Origin: Luminiphilus sp.
GTDB taxonomy: Bacteria; Pseudomonadota; Gammaproteobacteria; Pseudomonadales; Halieaceae
NCBI GenBank assembly: GCA_965655685.1
Contig: CBFHHL010000118.1
Coordinates: 16,696-80,695, forward strand
Direction of reading: 5' to 3'
Length of the DNA: 64,000 nt
Of this stretch, positions 54,415-63,003 are shown in pieces. The position numbers and the translations under genes are program-made. Every line of letters begins with the position of its first letter. Position 1 is the stretch's first letter. The notes under the pieces are model-generated. The model was not told the origin of the DNA, did no database searches, and worked only from the letters and a program-made list of their open reading frames with translations.

Positions 54415-55191
54415 ATGAAAAAAACACTGCTTCACGGGCTCTTGGCTTTACTTGCGGGATTTTTCTCCGCCGGTGTAGTCGCAGAAGAGTATCCGCCAAC
54501 CCGCGTATTGTTTATCGGAAACAGTTATCTGTATTACAACGACAGCCTTCATAACCACGTAAAGCGGATGGTGGTTGAGCGGTACCCAATGCTTAAAAGT
54601 CGGGATATTAAGTACAAATCGGCAACAATAGGTGGCGCCCGTCTCAAGCATCACAATATCGACTGGTTGCTCGCGCCAGGGCAGATTGGTGTTGACGAGC
54701 CTTTTCAGGCGGTAGTTATGCAGGGAGGGAGCTTTGAGCCTCTTACCCCTGAAACGCGCAACGTATTCATAAAAACAGCGACGGCCTACGCAAAAAAAGC
54801 TCAGTGGATAGGTGCAGAACCATGGCTTTACATGACCCATGCGTATGTGGCGCCACACCGTCGCGCAGCTGAGGGTATGATCGACCGTATTGCGAGCATG
54901 TATATCGAAGCGGGCAAAGCGGCGGATGCGGGCGTTATTCCCGTGGGGCTGGCGTTCGAGCGGTCCTACAGCGAGCGTCCCGATTTTGCGCTACACGCGG
55001 ATTTTGACGGGACACATCCCAACCTCCGGGGGACCTATCTCGGTGCCTGTGTTGTTTACCTTTCACTCTACGACGATGATTTGAAGGGCCTGCAATACGA
55101 CTATTTTGGACGGCTTCCTAGAGCCGAGGCAGTGTACCTGCAGCGCATTGCACGCGAGGCGGTTCACGCTTTCGAGGCTAGGGAAAAATAA
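54415..55191 (+). CDS. Secreted SGNH/GDSL-like hydrolase
   Basis: 258 aa. Signal peptide, block I VLFIGNSYL (Ser nucleophile) and block V DGTHP (DxxH). Confidence 0.55.
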   Translation: MKKTLLHGLLALLAGFFSAGVVAEEYPPTRVLFIGNSYLYYNDSLHNHVKRMVVERYPMLKSRDIKYKSATIGGARLKHHNIDWLLAPGQIGVDEPFQAVVMQGGSFEPLTPETRNVFIKTATAYAKKAQWIGAEPWLYMTHAYVAPHRRAAEGMIDRIASMYIEAGKAADAGVIPVGLAFERSYSERPDFALHADFDGTHPNLRGTYLGACVVYLSLYDDDLKGLQYDYFGRLPRAEAVYLQRIAREAVHAFEAREK

Positions 55192-55242
55192 ATTTACTTG
55201 CTACTCTTGGTGCCGGTAAATCGGTCAAGGCACTCATTACCC

Positions 55243-55998
55243 ATGTTGAACTCCATTGTTCGTTGGTATCAATTAAATCGCATCAAGCCTATTCAGGCGG
55301 GGCTCGCAGTGTCACGCCTGCTGCGTGATCCTGATGACACTGGGCAGGTGTTTAAGATCCTTGAGGCGCTTAAGGGTAATTCTTTGGGTTTGGCGCACAA
55401 GCGTATGCAGTTGGATCCCCGAGGACAGAAATTACTCGAGGAGCAGCCCAACATTGTGTCGGTGCTCAATGATCGAGAGGCGCTTTTGCCGATGCCCGAA
55501 GGCAGTATTGGCCGCGCTTATTATGATTTTGTCCACCGCGAGGGCTTATCCGCGGATGGCTTGATTGCCTCGAGTGAGGCGGCGCCTCGATTCGAGAAGA
55601 TGGGGCGTAACGAGCGCTGGCTAGGGGATCGACTTCGGGATATTCATGACCTGCAGCACGTAATGACAGGCTACGGTCGCGACACGCTTGGTGAGCTTTG
55701 CTTGCTGTCGTTTATGACCACTCAGACGCCTTCAAGAGGTATCGACTTTATTATTTTCATGGGTCGAACCAAGGGGCAAAAAGAGAATCCTGATCTCGAT
55801 TTGAAGTCTCTCGTGAGAGAGGGACGAGAGATTGGGCAGTCCGCGGAGTGGATGCTACTCACTCGCTGGGAAGACAGACTTCACGAGCCTCTCGAGAAGG
55901 TGAGAGCCGAGCTCGGTTTCATACCCCCTTCAAAGTACCGAGCTGCACTCGCAACCCTAGAGGGGTCGCAGATGATCCGGCCTCAGGCGGCGGCCTGA
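55243..55998 (+). CDS. Coq4-family protein
   Basis: HDLQHVMTGYGRDTLGE matches the Coq4 HDxxH-(x)11-E metal motif. The start is taken at ATG 55243. Confidence 0.6.
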   Translation: MLNSIVRWYQLNRIKPIQAGLAVSRLLRDPDDTGQVFKILEALKGNSLGLAHKRMQLDPRGQKLLEEQPNIVSVLNDREALLPMPEGSIGRAYYDFVHREGLSADGLIASSEAAPRFEKMGRNERWLGDRLRDIHDLQHVMTGYGRDTLGELCLLSFMTTQTPSRGIDFIIFMGRTKGQKENPDLDLKSLVREGREIGQSAEWMLLTRWEDRLHEPLEKVRAELGFIPPSKYRAALATLEGSQMIRPQAAA

Positions 55999-56021
55999 GG
56001 CTAGATCCTTTAGCGGTGCGT

Positions 56022-57869
56022 TTAGCCCGCTTTAACGTTCTCAATCCACTGCATAACGCGTCGCTCGAGCAGGTCTAGCGGCAGCGAGCCCGCGCCCAGC
56101 ACCATATCGTGGAAGCCGCGGATATCAAAGTCATCGCCAAGCGCTTCGATGGCGGTAGCCCGAAGCTCCAAGATCTTGATCATGCCAATCTTGTACGAGG
56201 TCGCTTGCCCGGGCATAACGATGTATCGACGCACTTCCGAACGCACGCTTTCGTAAGGCTCAGGCGAGTTAGCCATGAAGTATTCGATGGCTTCCTGCTC
56301 AGTCCAGCCCTTTGAGTGCAAGCCGGTATCAACGACAAGGCGAATGGCTCGCCAGATCTCACTGCTCAATCGACCAAACTGCTGGTAGGCATCGGTATAC
56401 GTGCCGGGCATTTCGCTGGCGAGTTTTTCCGAGTACAAGCCCCAGCCCTCGGCGTAAGCGGTAAATCCAAGCTGCGTTTGGAACTGAGGCACGCCCTCAA
56501 GCTCCTGTGCGATGGAGATCTGCATATGGTGACCGGGCAGACCTTCGTGATAGGCGATTACCTCCAGCTGGTTCTTTGGCATCGCTGTCATGTCTGAAAG
56601 ATGCGCGTAGTAGATACCGGGGCGCGATCCATCGGGTGTACCCGCGTAATAGTGTTGAGCTGCACCGTCACGCTCGCGGAAGGCTTCTACCCGCTTCACG
56701 ATCAGATCCGCCTTTGGCAGCAGTCCAAAGTACTTGGGGAGCAAGGTTTTTAGATTATCGATAGCCGCCGTTGCGTCGTCGATATAGGCCTGACGTCCTT
56801 CGTCGGTATCGGGATAGTAATTCCACTCGCCGGTTCGGACTTCCTCGAAGAAGGCTTGCAAGTCTCCTTGGAATTCGACTTCGTCCATGATGCCGAGCAT
56901 CTCGTTTCGTAAACGGGCAACCTCGTTGAGGCCGATAGTATGAATTTCGTCAGCACTTAGATCGGTTGTTGTCTGCTGAGCAAGCAAGTGGGCGTAGTAG
57001 TCGTCACCGCCTTCTTGCGCGCCAATGCCGGTTGCTACCTCAGGCGATGAGAGGCGTTCCTCCTCGGCCCAGGCGATGATGGCTTCATACGCAGGACCGA
57101 ATGATGACAGCAAAGCTGCTTTTGCCTCAGCTTGAAGCGCAGAGGCCTCGTCCTCGGTGAGTAACTCATTTTCCAGAAGCCCAGCTACTTTTCTTTGCAC
57201 GTCTGCCCAAATCGCACTGTCAGTCTCCGCTTCAGCATCAAAAGGCTGGCCTGAAATGATTTTTCGGGACTGATCAGCCACACCGTGCATCGCGAAGTAG
57301 GGTGCCACGACGCCACGCTTTGAGGCTTCGCGTGCGATATCTAATGCGTCCATCATTCTAGGCTTGATGAGATTTAGTCGCGAAACCAGTGCTTCAAAGT
57401 CTGCGACGCTCTCCACACTGTGAAAGTTAATCAAGAATGTCGGTACGAAGGAGTGAATGCCATTCATCTGGTCAAAAACGAGACCGCTATAGAAGTAAGC
57501 TTCGCCCGACGCGGACTGCTCGTAGCTATATTTCCAAAGATCGTAAGAAAGCTTCTCCGATTCTGAGAGCTTGGCTCGGTCAAAGCGATTCTCCATCTCA
57601 GCCACAGATGCCGCCTGCCAGGCGAGATCAGCCTTGAAAGACTCGAAAGTGAACTCATCTAGTTCGTCTTTTCGCTCACTGCGACCAAGATAGGTGAGGT
57701 TCATGGGCGAGCGCAGCAGCTGCTCTTCGTATTCAGCGTCTAGCCACTCGGTCAGTGACATAGCCGCATCTTGCTCAGCAGCTTGCTCGTTAGAGCATCC
57801 AGCAAGACCTAATGAAAAAATGATAGTGAGTGTTGAAACCTGAATAAGGTTTTTCGGCAGGAGTGACAT
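56022..57869 (-). CDS. DUF885-family lipoprotein (metallopeptidase-like fold)
   Basis: 615 aa. Lipobox LAGC and YHEGLPGHHMQ are typical of DUF885. Confidence 0.75.
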   Translation of the reverse strand: MSLLPKNLIQVSTLTIIFSLGLAGCSNEQAAEQDAAMSLTEWLDAEYEEQLLRSPMNLTYLGRSERKDELDEFTFESFKADLAWQAASVAEMENRFDRAKLSESEKLSYDLWKYSYEQSASGEAYFYSGLVFDQMNGIHSFVPTFLINFHSVESVADFEALVSRLNLIKPRMMDALDIAREASKRGVVAPYFAMHGVADQSRKIISGQPFDAEAETDSAIWADVQRKVAGLLENELLTEDEASALQAEAKAALLSSFGPAYEAIIAWAEEERLSSPEVATGIGAQEGGDDYYAHLLAQQTTTDLSADEIHTIGLNEVARLRNEMLGIMDEVEFQGDLQAFFEEVRTGEWNYYPDTDEGRQAYIDDATAAIDNLKTLLPKYFGLLPKADLIVKRVEAFRERDGAAQHYYAGTPDGSRPGIYYAHLSDMTAMPKNQLEVIAYHEGLPGHHMQISIAQELEGVPQFQTQLGFTAYAEGWGLYSEKLASEMPGTYTDAYQQFGRLSSEIWRAIRLVVDTGLHSKGWTEQEAIEYFMANSPEPYESVRSEVRRYIVMPGQATSYKIGMIKILELRATAIEALGDDFDIRGFHDMVLGAGSLPLDLLERRVMQWIENVKAG

Positions 57870-58010
57870 GACGTGTTCGCCTTGAAGTAATGATTGAGTA
57901 AGATCGTTATCGCGAGAATGGTGCGAAACGCGACAATGCGCGCTAATCTACCACCATCAAATATGATGTGAAGCGTTTCAACGCGCGAGAAACAAGGCGG
58001 AGAATAAAAA

Positions 58011-58613
58011 ATGAATACAGCTGTACCTGAACGCGCGAAGTTCCACCACATGAAGGATGGCACTGCGGATGATTGGATGATTATTGGTGCTGAAGTGCAG
58101 GAGTTTTCTAAAACCCTCTATCAGCGAATCATTGATCATTTACTGCTACTTGAGGGTGACTGCGGTGGCTTTCCCGTCGATCGCCTGACGCATTGCTTAC
58201 AGACTGCGACCCTCGCTCACAAGGATGGTAAACACGAGGAATACGTTGTCTGTGCTCTGTTGCACGATATCGGCGACACCCTGGGTCCAGCAAACCACGC
58301 TGATATTGCCGCCGTTTTGCTTCAGCCTTACGTTAGTGAAGCCAATCATTGGATGGTCAAGCATCATGCAATCTTCCAGGGCTACTATTTCTTCGAGTAC
58401 CTTGGCCTCGATAAGAATATGCGCGAGACCTACAAGGATCATCCGATGTACGAGCAGACGCTCGAGTTCATCGAGAAGTATGACGCGCCAGCCTTTGATC
58501 CCGAGGCGGAGACTTATCCACTGTCGTTCTTCGAGCCAATGATTCAGCGTGTGTTCGAAAAGCCTAAGCAGTCGCTATATAAGTCTGAAACTTCAACGAC
58601 CTTTCAAGACTGA
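58011..58613 (+). CDS. HD-domain protein (possibly MIOX/PhnZ-like di-iron oxygenase superfamily)
   Basis: 200 aa. The H...HD...H...HH arrangement is HCLQTA ... LLHDIGD ... NHADIA ... MVKHHA. The subfamily assignment is inference. Confidence 0.6.
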   Translation: MNTAVPERAKFHHMKDGTADDWMIIGAEVQEFSKTLYQRIIDHLLLLEGDCGGFPVDRLTHCLQTATLAHKDGKHEEYVVCALLHDIGDTLGPANHADIAAVLLQPYVSEANHWMVKHHAIFQGYYFFEYLGLDKNMRETYKDHPMYEQTLEFIEKYDAPAFDPEAETYPLSFFEPMIQRVFEKPKQSLYKSETSTTFQD

Positions 58614-58710
58614 GTATGTGTGAGCGTTATCAGAGGGAGCTTCGAGCTCCCTTTCTCATGATTCAAAGTATTTTTTATAGCCTTCTGAAAAGCGCTGTTC
58701 GAAGAATCAG

Positions 58711-59409
58711 ATGAAGTCCGGTTCGCTTTTGTGGCAGCGACGGCTTCGGGTCTGGCATCGACGTCTAGCAATCATCACCGCTGTTCAGCTCTTACTCTGG
58801 ACTATCAGCGGCGTCTACTTTGCCTTCATTGATATTAAGGCGGTTCGGGGCGAGCCTCATCGTCTTGCACTGCCGACTCAAACGATCGATTTATCTCAAT
58901 TCGATTTCCCAATCACCGAAGCTTCACAACTAACTATCAAGCCGAGACTCGAAGATGAATTGGTTGTGGGTGTTGTCGACAGTTCAACTGGCGTGACTGA
59001 ATGGCTTACACCGCAAGGTATGCCGGTAGAGCCGCTTACCTCAGAGCAGGCAATAGCGGTTGTCTGGGATAAGACCGATATTGCTGCGGATGTTACCGAA
59101 TGGGTAACCACCGCCTCGGAGGCCGCCGAGTATCGAGGTCGCCAGCTGCCCTTGTGGCGGGCTTTTGATGTCGATGAGCCTTCACTGAGAGTTTACGTTG
59201 ACCCCCGATCTGGCGATATTGTGGCCATCAGAAATAACGCGTGGCGAGCGTGGGACTTTCTGTGGATGCTGCACATCATGGATTACGACGATCGCGATGA
59301 CATTGGGACATGGCTACTGAAGCTGTTTTCCCTGCTGGCCTTACTCACCGCTATCGCGGGTATTGTTCTTTACGTTTTGATTCCACGGCGCGCTAAATCT
59401 CGAGTTTAG
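58711..59409 (+). CDS. PepSY-associated TM-helix protein
   Basis: 232 aa. N-terminal W.RR.H..L......L.W..SG (LWQRRLRVWHRRLAIITAVQLLLWTISG), a C-terminal TM, and a periplasmic middle part. Confidence 0.6.
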   Translation: MKSGSLLWQRRLRVWHRRLAIITAVQLLLWTISGVYFAFIDIKAVRGEPHRLALPTQTIDLSQFDFPITEASQLTIKPRLEDELVVGVVDSSTGVTEWLTPQGMPVEPLTSEQAIAVVWDKTDIAADVTEWVTTASEAAEYRGRQLPLWRAFDVDEPSLRVYVDPRSGDIVAIRNNAWRAWDFLWMLHIMDYDDRDDIGTWLLKLFSLLALLTAIAGIVLYVLIPRRAKSRV

Positions 59410-59633
59410 TTTTGGTTCGACACTCTTTCGCTATGTTTTTCGTTAAACGTTGATCGAGCGTTCGCATCATAGTCCCCGCTGAGCCCGCTATTAGGGGTAT
59501 CTTCCTATTCACCCTCATCACACACCCGATGGGCTATATCTTAGCGGTCGTTCCTTAGCTGCGAGTCCTTAACTGCTGATCCCGGGCTGAGAGGTTATTG
59601 GCAACTCGTCGTTTGGCTAATTATGGTTTGCAG

Positions 59634-60017
59634 TTATAGAAAAATCGCAGGCCAAAGATAGGCAAAAAATACGCCCGTGACATATACCGCAGTAGAGCCT
59701 ATGAGTATCCGTCGGCTAAGCACTCTCAGAGCATTGCATGCTGCGGCTTGCTCAGGGTCTGCAGGGCAGGGGGCGTTTCTTGCTCGCCACTGCATAAAGG
59801 CCGATGCACTCAGCAGAATCCCTGACGCAATGAAAAGAGGACCTTTATTTGAAGACAGCCACATGATTCCTGGTACTGCAGCGGTCAGACCCGCTATCAC
59901 CGCGCCCGCGCCGATGGTAATTAGCAACGCGGGAAGCGCGCAGCAAAGGAGCGTCGATGTGCTTGCGAACAACGACAGCGTCGGGCCAATGAGCGATCTT
60001 CGATCGATGGGGTTCAT
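59634..60017 (-). CDS. MerT-like metal transport membrane protein
   Basis: 127 aa. It is collinear by eye with MerT: a vicinal Cys pair in TM1 (TLLCCALPALLITIG), a second TM, a loop with two Cys (APCPADPEQAAAC), and a third TM ending ...YLWPAIFL. Its ATG overlaps the stop of the upstream gene. Confidence 0.6.
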   Translation of the reverse strand: MNPIDRRSLIGPTLSLFASTSTLLCCALPALLITIGAGAVIAGLTAAVPGIMWLSSNKGPLFIASGILLSASAFMQWRARNAPCPADPEQAAACNALRVLSRRILIGSTAVYVTGVFFAYLWPAIFL

Positions 60018-60520
60018 CCGCCAAGCGCCTCGCTATCGCGACGGATGGCAGCGATGCGGTAGCCTGCTTTTTTTGCAAGCTTCTCGATTTGCTTGTCAGA
60101 CAGCGCCTCGCCCTCATTTATTACCAGGCTAAGCGTTTTTGTATCGAGATCGACATAGACGGCTGCGACTTCGTCGCGCTTACCAAAGATTTTATTCATG
60201 GCGGTAGCGCAGAAGTCGCAAACAACACCTAGTACGTCGACAACAACAGGCGCACCGCCGGCGGCAAGCGCGGCGGCCACTTCGTCAGTTTGCGTAATGT
60301 TTGCCGCCATGTTCATTGAGCCATGATCGTGGCCCTCGTGCCCTTCATGGGCGGAGTCTTGATGTTGATGCTTGTGTTTATGACCGTGATTGTGATCACT
60401 ATGTTGCATACCCGACATGGCGTCATGATCCGGCCCCTCGCTGCTATGATCTGCTAACGCGGTCATTGACGTAGCGAGTGTGACGGCCAGAGTAAGAGAC
60501 TTGAAAAATACGGTGTTCAT
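60014..60520 (-). CDS. Periplasmic heavy-metal-associated (HMA, MerP/CopZ-like) protein with His-rich N-terminal tract
   Basis: 168 aa. Signal peptide ...SMTALA, then DHSSEGPDHDAMSGMQHSDHNHGHKHKHQHQDSAHEGHEGHDHGSM, then an HMA-like fold with GVVCDFCATAMNKIF (CxxC). Confidence 0.7.
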   Translation of the reverse strand: MNTVFFKSLTLAVTLATSMTALADHSSEGPDHDAMSGMQHSDHNHGHKHKHQHQDSAHEGHEGHDHGSMNMAANITQTDEVAAALAAGGAPVVVDVLGVVCDFCATAMNKIFGKRDEVAAVYVDLDTKTLSLVINEGEALSDKQIEKLAKKAGYRIAAIRRDSEALGG

Positions 60521-60532
60521 AGAAGCTCTCCG

Positions 60533-61183
60533 TTAAAAACGGTAGGTGAAGTTTATGAGCGGCTTTGAGTCGCTGAGGTTATAACCAACCTCTAATAAAG
60601 CCGGTCCCTGGAAAAAACGAATGAGGGGGGCCACAGTTGTGGCTCCCGACAAGTGCTCTCGTCGATCGATCTCGAGCATAAGCCAGGTATGAAGGTCACC
60701 GGTGTCACCCTCATAGGGGGCCCACCCAATGCGAGCCGCATGCATGGTCTGGTTACCCAGCTTCCCCAGATCAGCTGCGCGTATTTCATAACTTGCGAAT
60801 AGCGAGCGCGTCTCCCAGTCAGCCATGATGCCGGCGAAACTTGCGGTCTCTGTGGTTGAGAGTTGGTCTAGCTTGCCCTCTGCACGGCCAATACCACCGG
60901 TGAGGTAGAGATTCGCTTGGTACTCTTTCCCAAACCACCGTTTTGCAAGATATGTGGGTTGAACTGCATGCATTCGAATATCAGCGCCACGCATCCATTC
61001 GTACCGCGCGCCTACCGAATAGTTGTAGGCGGGTGTGTAATGGAGGAGAGCTGCGCTTGAGGCGCGATTAGAGGTTTCGATGAGTGTCCAGCCTCCCGCA
61101 TAGGAAACTGGGCGCGCGAGTGCACTGGAGCTCGCTGAGACTGCAGCGAAAACCAGTAACAAACTCGCAAACCGGACTGTCAC
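60533..61183 (-). CDS. Small outer-membrane beta-barrel protein (family not recognised)
   Basis: 216 aa. Signal peptide ...SSSALA, alternating hydrophobic strands, aromatic-rich, and terminal ...INFTYRF (C-terminal Phe OMP signature). Its ATG overlaps the csoR-like stop. Confidence 0.5.
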   Translation of the reverse strand: MTVRFASLLLVFAAVSASSSALARPVSYAGGWTLIETSNRASSAALLHYTPAYNYSVGARYEWMRGADIRMHAVQPTYLAKRWFGKEYQANLYLTGGIGRAEGKLDQLSTTETASFAGIMADWETRSLFASYEIRAADLGKLGNQTMHAARIGWAPYEGDTGDLHTWLMLEIDRREHLSGATTVAPLIRFFQGPALLEVGYNLSDSKPLINFTYRF

Positions 61184-61452
61184 TTTTTGCCTCGCATTAC
61201 TTTGATGAGCTCATCAATTTTCGCCTCGCGATCACTCAGACTGTCACCCTCAAGTGCGTGCTGGACGCAGGTGGCGATGTGGTCATCCAAGATAATTGCC
61301 TCGAGACTTGAGAGCGCGGCACGCGCCGCCTGCACTTGTCTCGCAACATCAATGCAATAGCGGTCTTCGCCTACCATGCGGCGCAGCGCTCTCACCTGAC
61401 CTTCAATACGTGCAAGTCTGCGATCAACGTTAATTTTGGTTTCTTGTTTCAC
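61180..61452 (-). CDS. csoR: CsoR-family metal-sensing transcriptional repressor (x-C-H-C fingerprint)
   Basis: RLARIEGQVRALRRMVGEDRYCIDVARQV......LDDHIATC places Cys, His and Cys at the positions of M. tuberculosis CsoR C36, H61 and C65. I start at GTG 61452, which has AGGGAGG 8 nt upstream. The ORF-track TTG start at 61503 would run through the operator. Confidence 0.85.
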   Translation of the reverse strand: MKQETKINVDRRLARIEGQVRALRRMVGEDRYCIDVARQVQAARAALSSLEAIILDDHIATCVQHALEGDSLSDREAKIDELIKVMRGKK

Positions 61453-61476
61453 TGACGTTCCCTCCCTTCTGGAAGG

Positions 61477-61520
61477 ATACCCCCTAGGGGTATATGAAAT
61501 CAAATACCCCTAGGGGGTAT
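61477..61520. promoter_or_regulatory. Pair of CsoR-type GC-tract operators
   Basis: ATACCCCCTAGGGGTAT (61477-61493) and ATACCCCTAGGGGGTAT (61504-61520) are exact reverse complements of each other, separated by 10 bp. They lie 25-68 nt upstream of the csoR-like start, in the divergent intergenic region shared with cysK. Confidence 0.65.
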
Positions 61521-61689
61521 TAAGCTGCGAATGCAAATCCTATCGTACTCCCGGATGTGTTGCGCGCAAACACCGCCGTTGTGTTCATCCATCAAGCGTG
61601 GCACGGTACGGGTATTGCATAGTGACTTTCTGGTCCCGCTTAGCCTGTGTAGGTCGACGTGGTCGGGACATTTTTTTGGAGATCTATCG

Positions 61690-62745
61690 ATGACTATTTA
61701 CTCAACCACTGGCCGCGGCGCTCTTTATAACTCTATCGTCGAAACCGTGGGGGATACGCCCTGCGTAAAGCTCAACCGGACGGGGCCACCGCACGTGTCG
61801 ATGTATGTGAAGGTCGAGTCCTTCAATCCGCTTGCCTCCGTCAAAGATCGATTGGCACTCAATATCATCGAGGCGGCGGAGCGCGACGGTACCTTAAAGC
61901 CGGGTCAAACCGTGGTTGAGGCAACGTCTGGTAACACCGGGATAGGGCTTGCCATGGTTTGCGCCGCCAAAGGCTATCCGTTGGTGATTACCATGGCCGA
62001 GAGCTTCTCGATCGAGCGTCGGCGACTTATGCGCTTTCTCGGTGCCAAGGTCGTGTTAACCCCAAAAGAAGAGCGCGGTATAGGCATGTACAACACCGCC
62101 AAAAAACTCGCCGAGGACAATGGTTGGTTCTTTGCTCGTCAGTTTGAAAATGCGGCAAACGCTGATATTCATGAATCGACAACAGGTCGCGAGATAGTGG
62201 CGGATTTTAAAGACACAGCCCTCGATTATTGGGTGACGGGCTATGGTACAGGTGGGACAGTGACCGGTGTTGCACGCGTCCTGAGATCAGAGCGTCCCGA
62301 CTGTAAGATTGTTTTGTCAGAGCCTCACAACGCAACACTTATCGGATCCGGCGTTGCACAGGAGCGTAATGAAGACGATTCGCCCACAGGTAGCCATCCC
62401 GCGTGGGAACCACACGTGATCCAGGGCTGGACGCCTGACTTTATCCCGAAGGTGCTTCAGGAGGGTATCGACCGCTCGTTCTTTGACGAGGTGAGACCCG
62501 TTGACGGCACGAAAGGAATGGCTATAGCCCAGCATTTAGCGGCGAACGAGGGAATTTTGACGGGCGTGTCTGGCGGCTCTACGTTGCTGACCGCGATTGA
62601 GGTTGCGGAGAGTGCTCCCGAGGGCTCAGTCATCCTGGTTATGCTTCCTGATACCGGTGAGCGGTACCTCTCTACACCTTTGTATGAAGCGATTCCTGCC
62701 GAAATGAATTATGATGAGCAGGCGCTCTTTGCTTCAACGCGCTAA
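61690..62745 (+). CDS. cysK: Cysteine synthase (O-acetylserine sulfhydrylase, CysK-like)
   Basis: 351 aa from ATG 61690 (GGAG 8 nt upstream). SVKDRLAL (PLP lysine), EATSGNTGIGLA and GTGGTVTG are present. Confidence 0.85.
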   Translation: MTIYSTTGRGALYNSIVETVGDTPCVKLNRTGPPHVSMYVKVESFNPLASVKDRLALNIIEAAERDGTLKPGQTVVEATSGNTGIGLAMVCAAKGYPLVITMAESFSIERRRLMRFLGAKVVLTPKEERGIGMYNTAKKLAEDNGWFFARQFENAANADIHESTTGREIVADFKDTALDYWVTGYGTGGTVTGVARVLRSERPDCKIVLSEPHNATLIGSGVAQERNEDDSPTGSHPAWEPHVIQGWTPDFIPKVLQEGIDRSFFDEVRPVDGTKGMAIAQHLAANEGILTGVSGGSTLLTAIEVAESAPEGSVILVMLPDTGERYLSTPLYEAIPAEMNYDEQALFASTR

Positions 62746-62977
62746 GGGTTGTTAATCATTCACTCAAAGTGAGTGGGCAATCAGCCCAGTAAGCGGATGC
62801 CTATTTAGGGGTCTCAGCTCACTATATCGCCTCGATGGGTTATAGGCCTGCGGGCCGGCGGAATAAGTAAGGTAGCCGGTCTTCCTTGCCTTTTAGTGGA
62901 GTGGACCTACTGAAAGCTTTAGGTTCCGGGGTGCACTCACTCAGTCTGCAGCCCCATGAGGCTAGTTCTTCGCGTAT

Positions 62978-63003
62978 AAAAAAAACCGCGGCAAGCGCGG
63001 GTT
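62978..63003 (-). terminator. Rho-independent terminator of the acyl-CoA dehydrogenase gene
   Basis: The minus strand reads AACCCGCGCTTGCCGCGG followed by TTTTTTTT. It lies about 20 nt after the stop at 63025. Confidence 0.6.

Noticed and set aside
61633-61677. Hairpin GTCCCG...CGGGAC followed by T7, just upstream of the cysK ribosome-binding site, considered as a possible attenuator or leader terminator.
   Set aside because: The stem is only 6 bp and encloses a 25-nt loop with little internal pairing, so it is too weak to call without structure probing or Term-seq.
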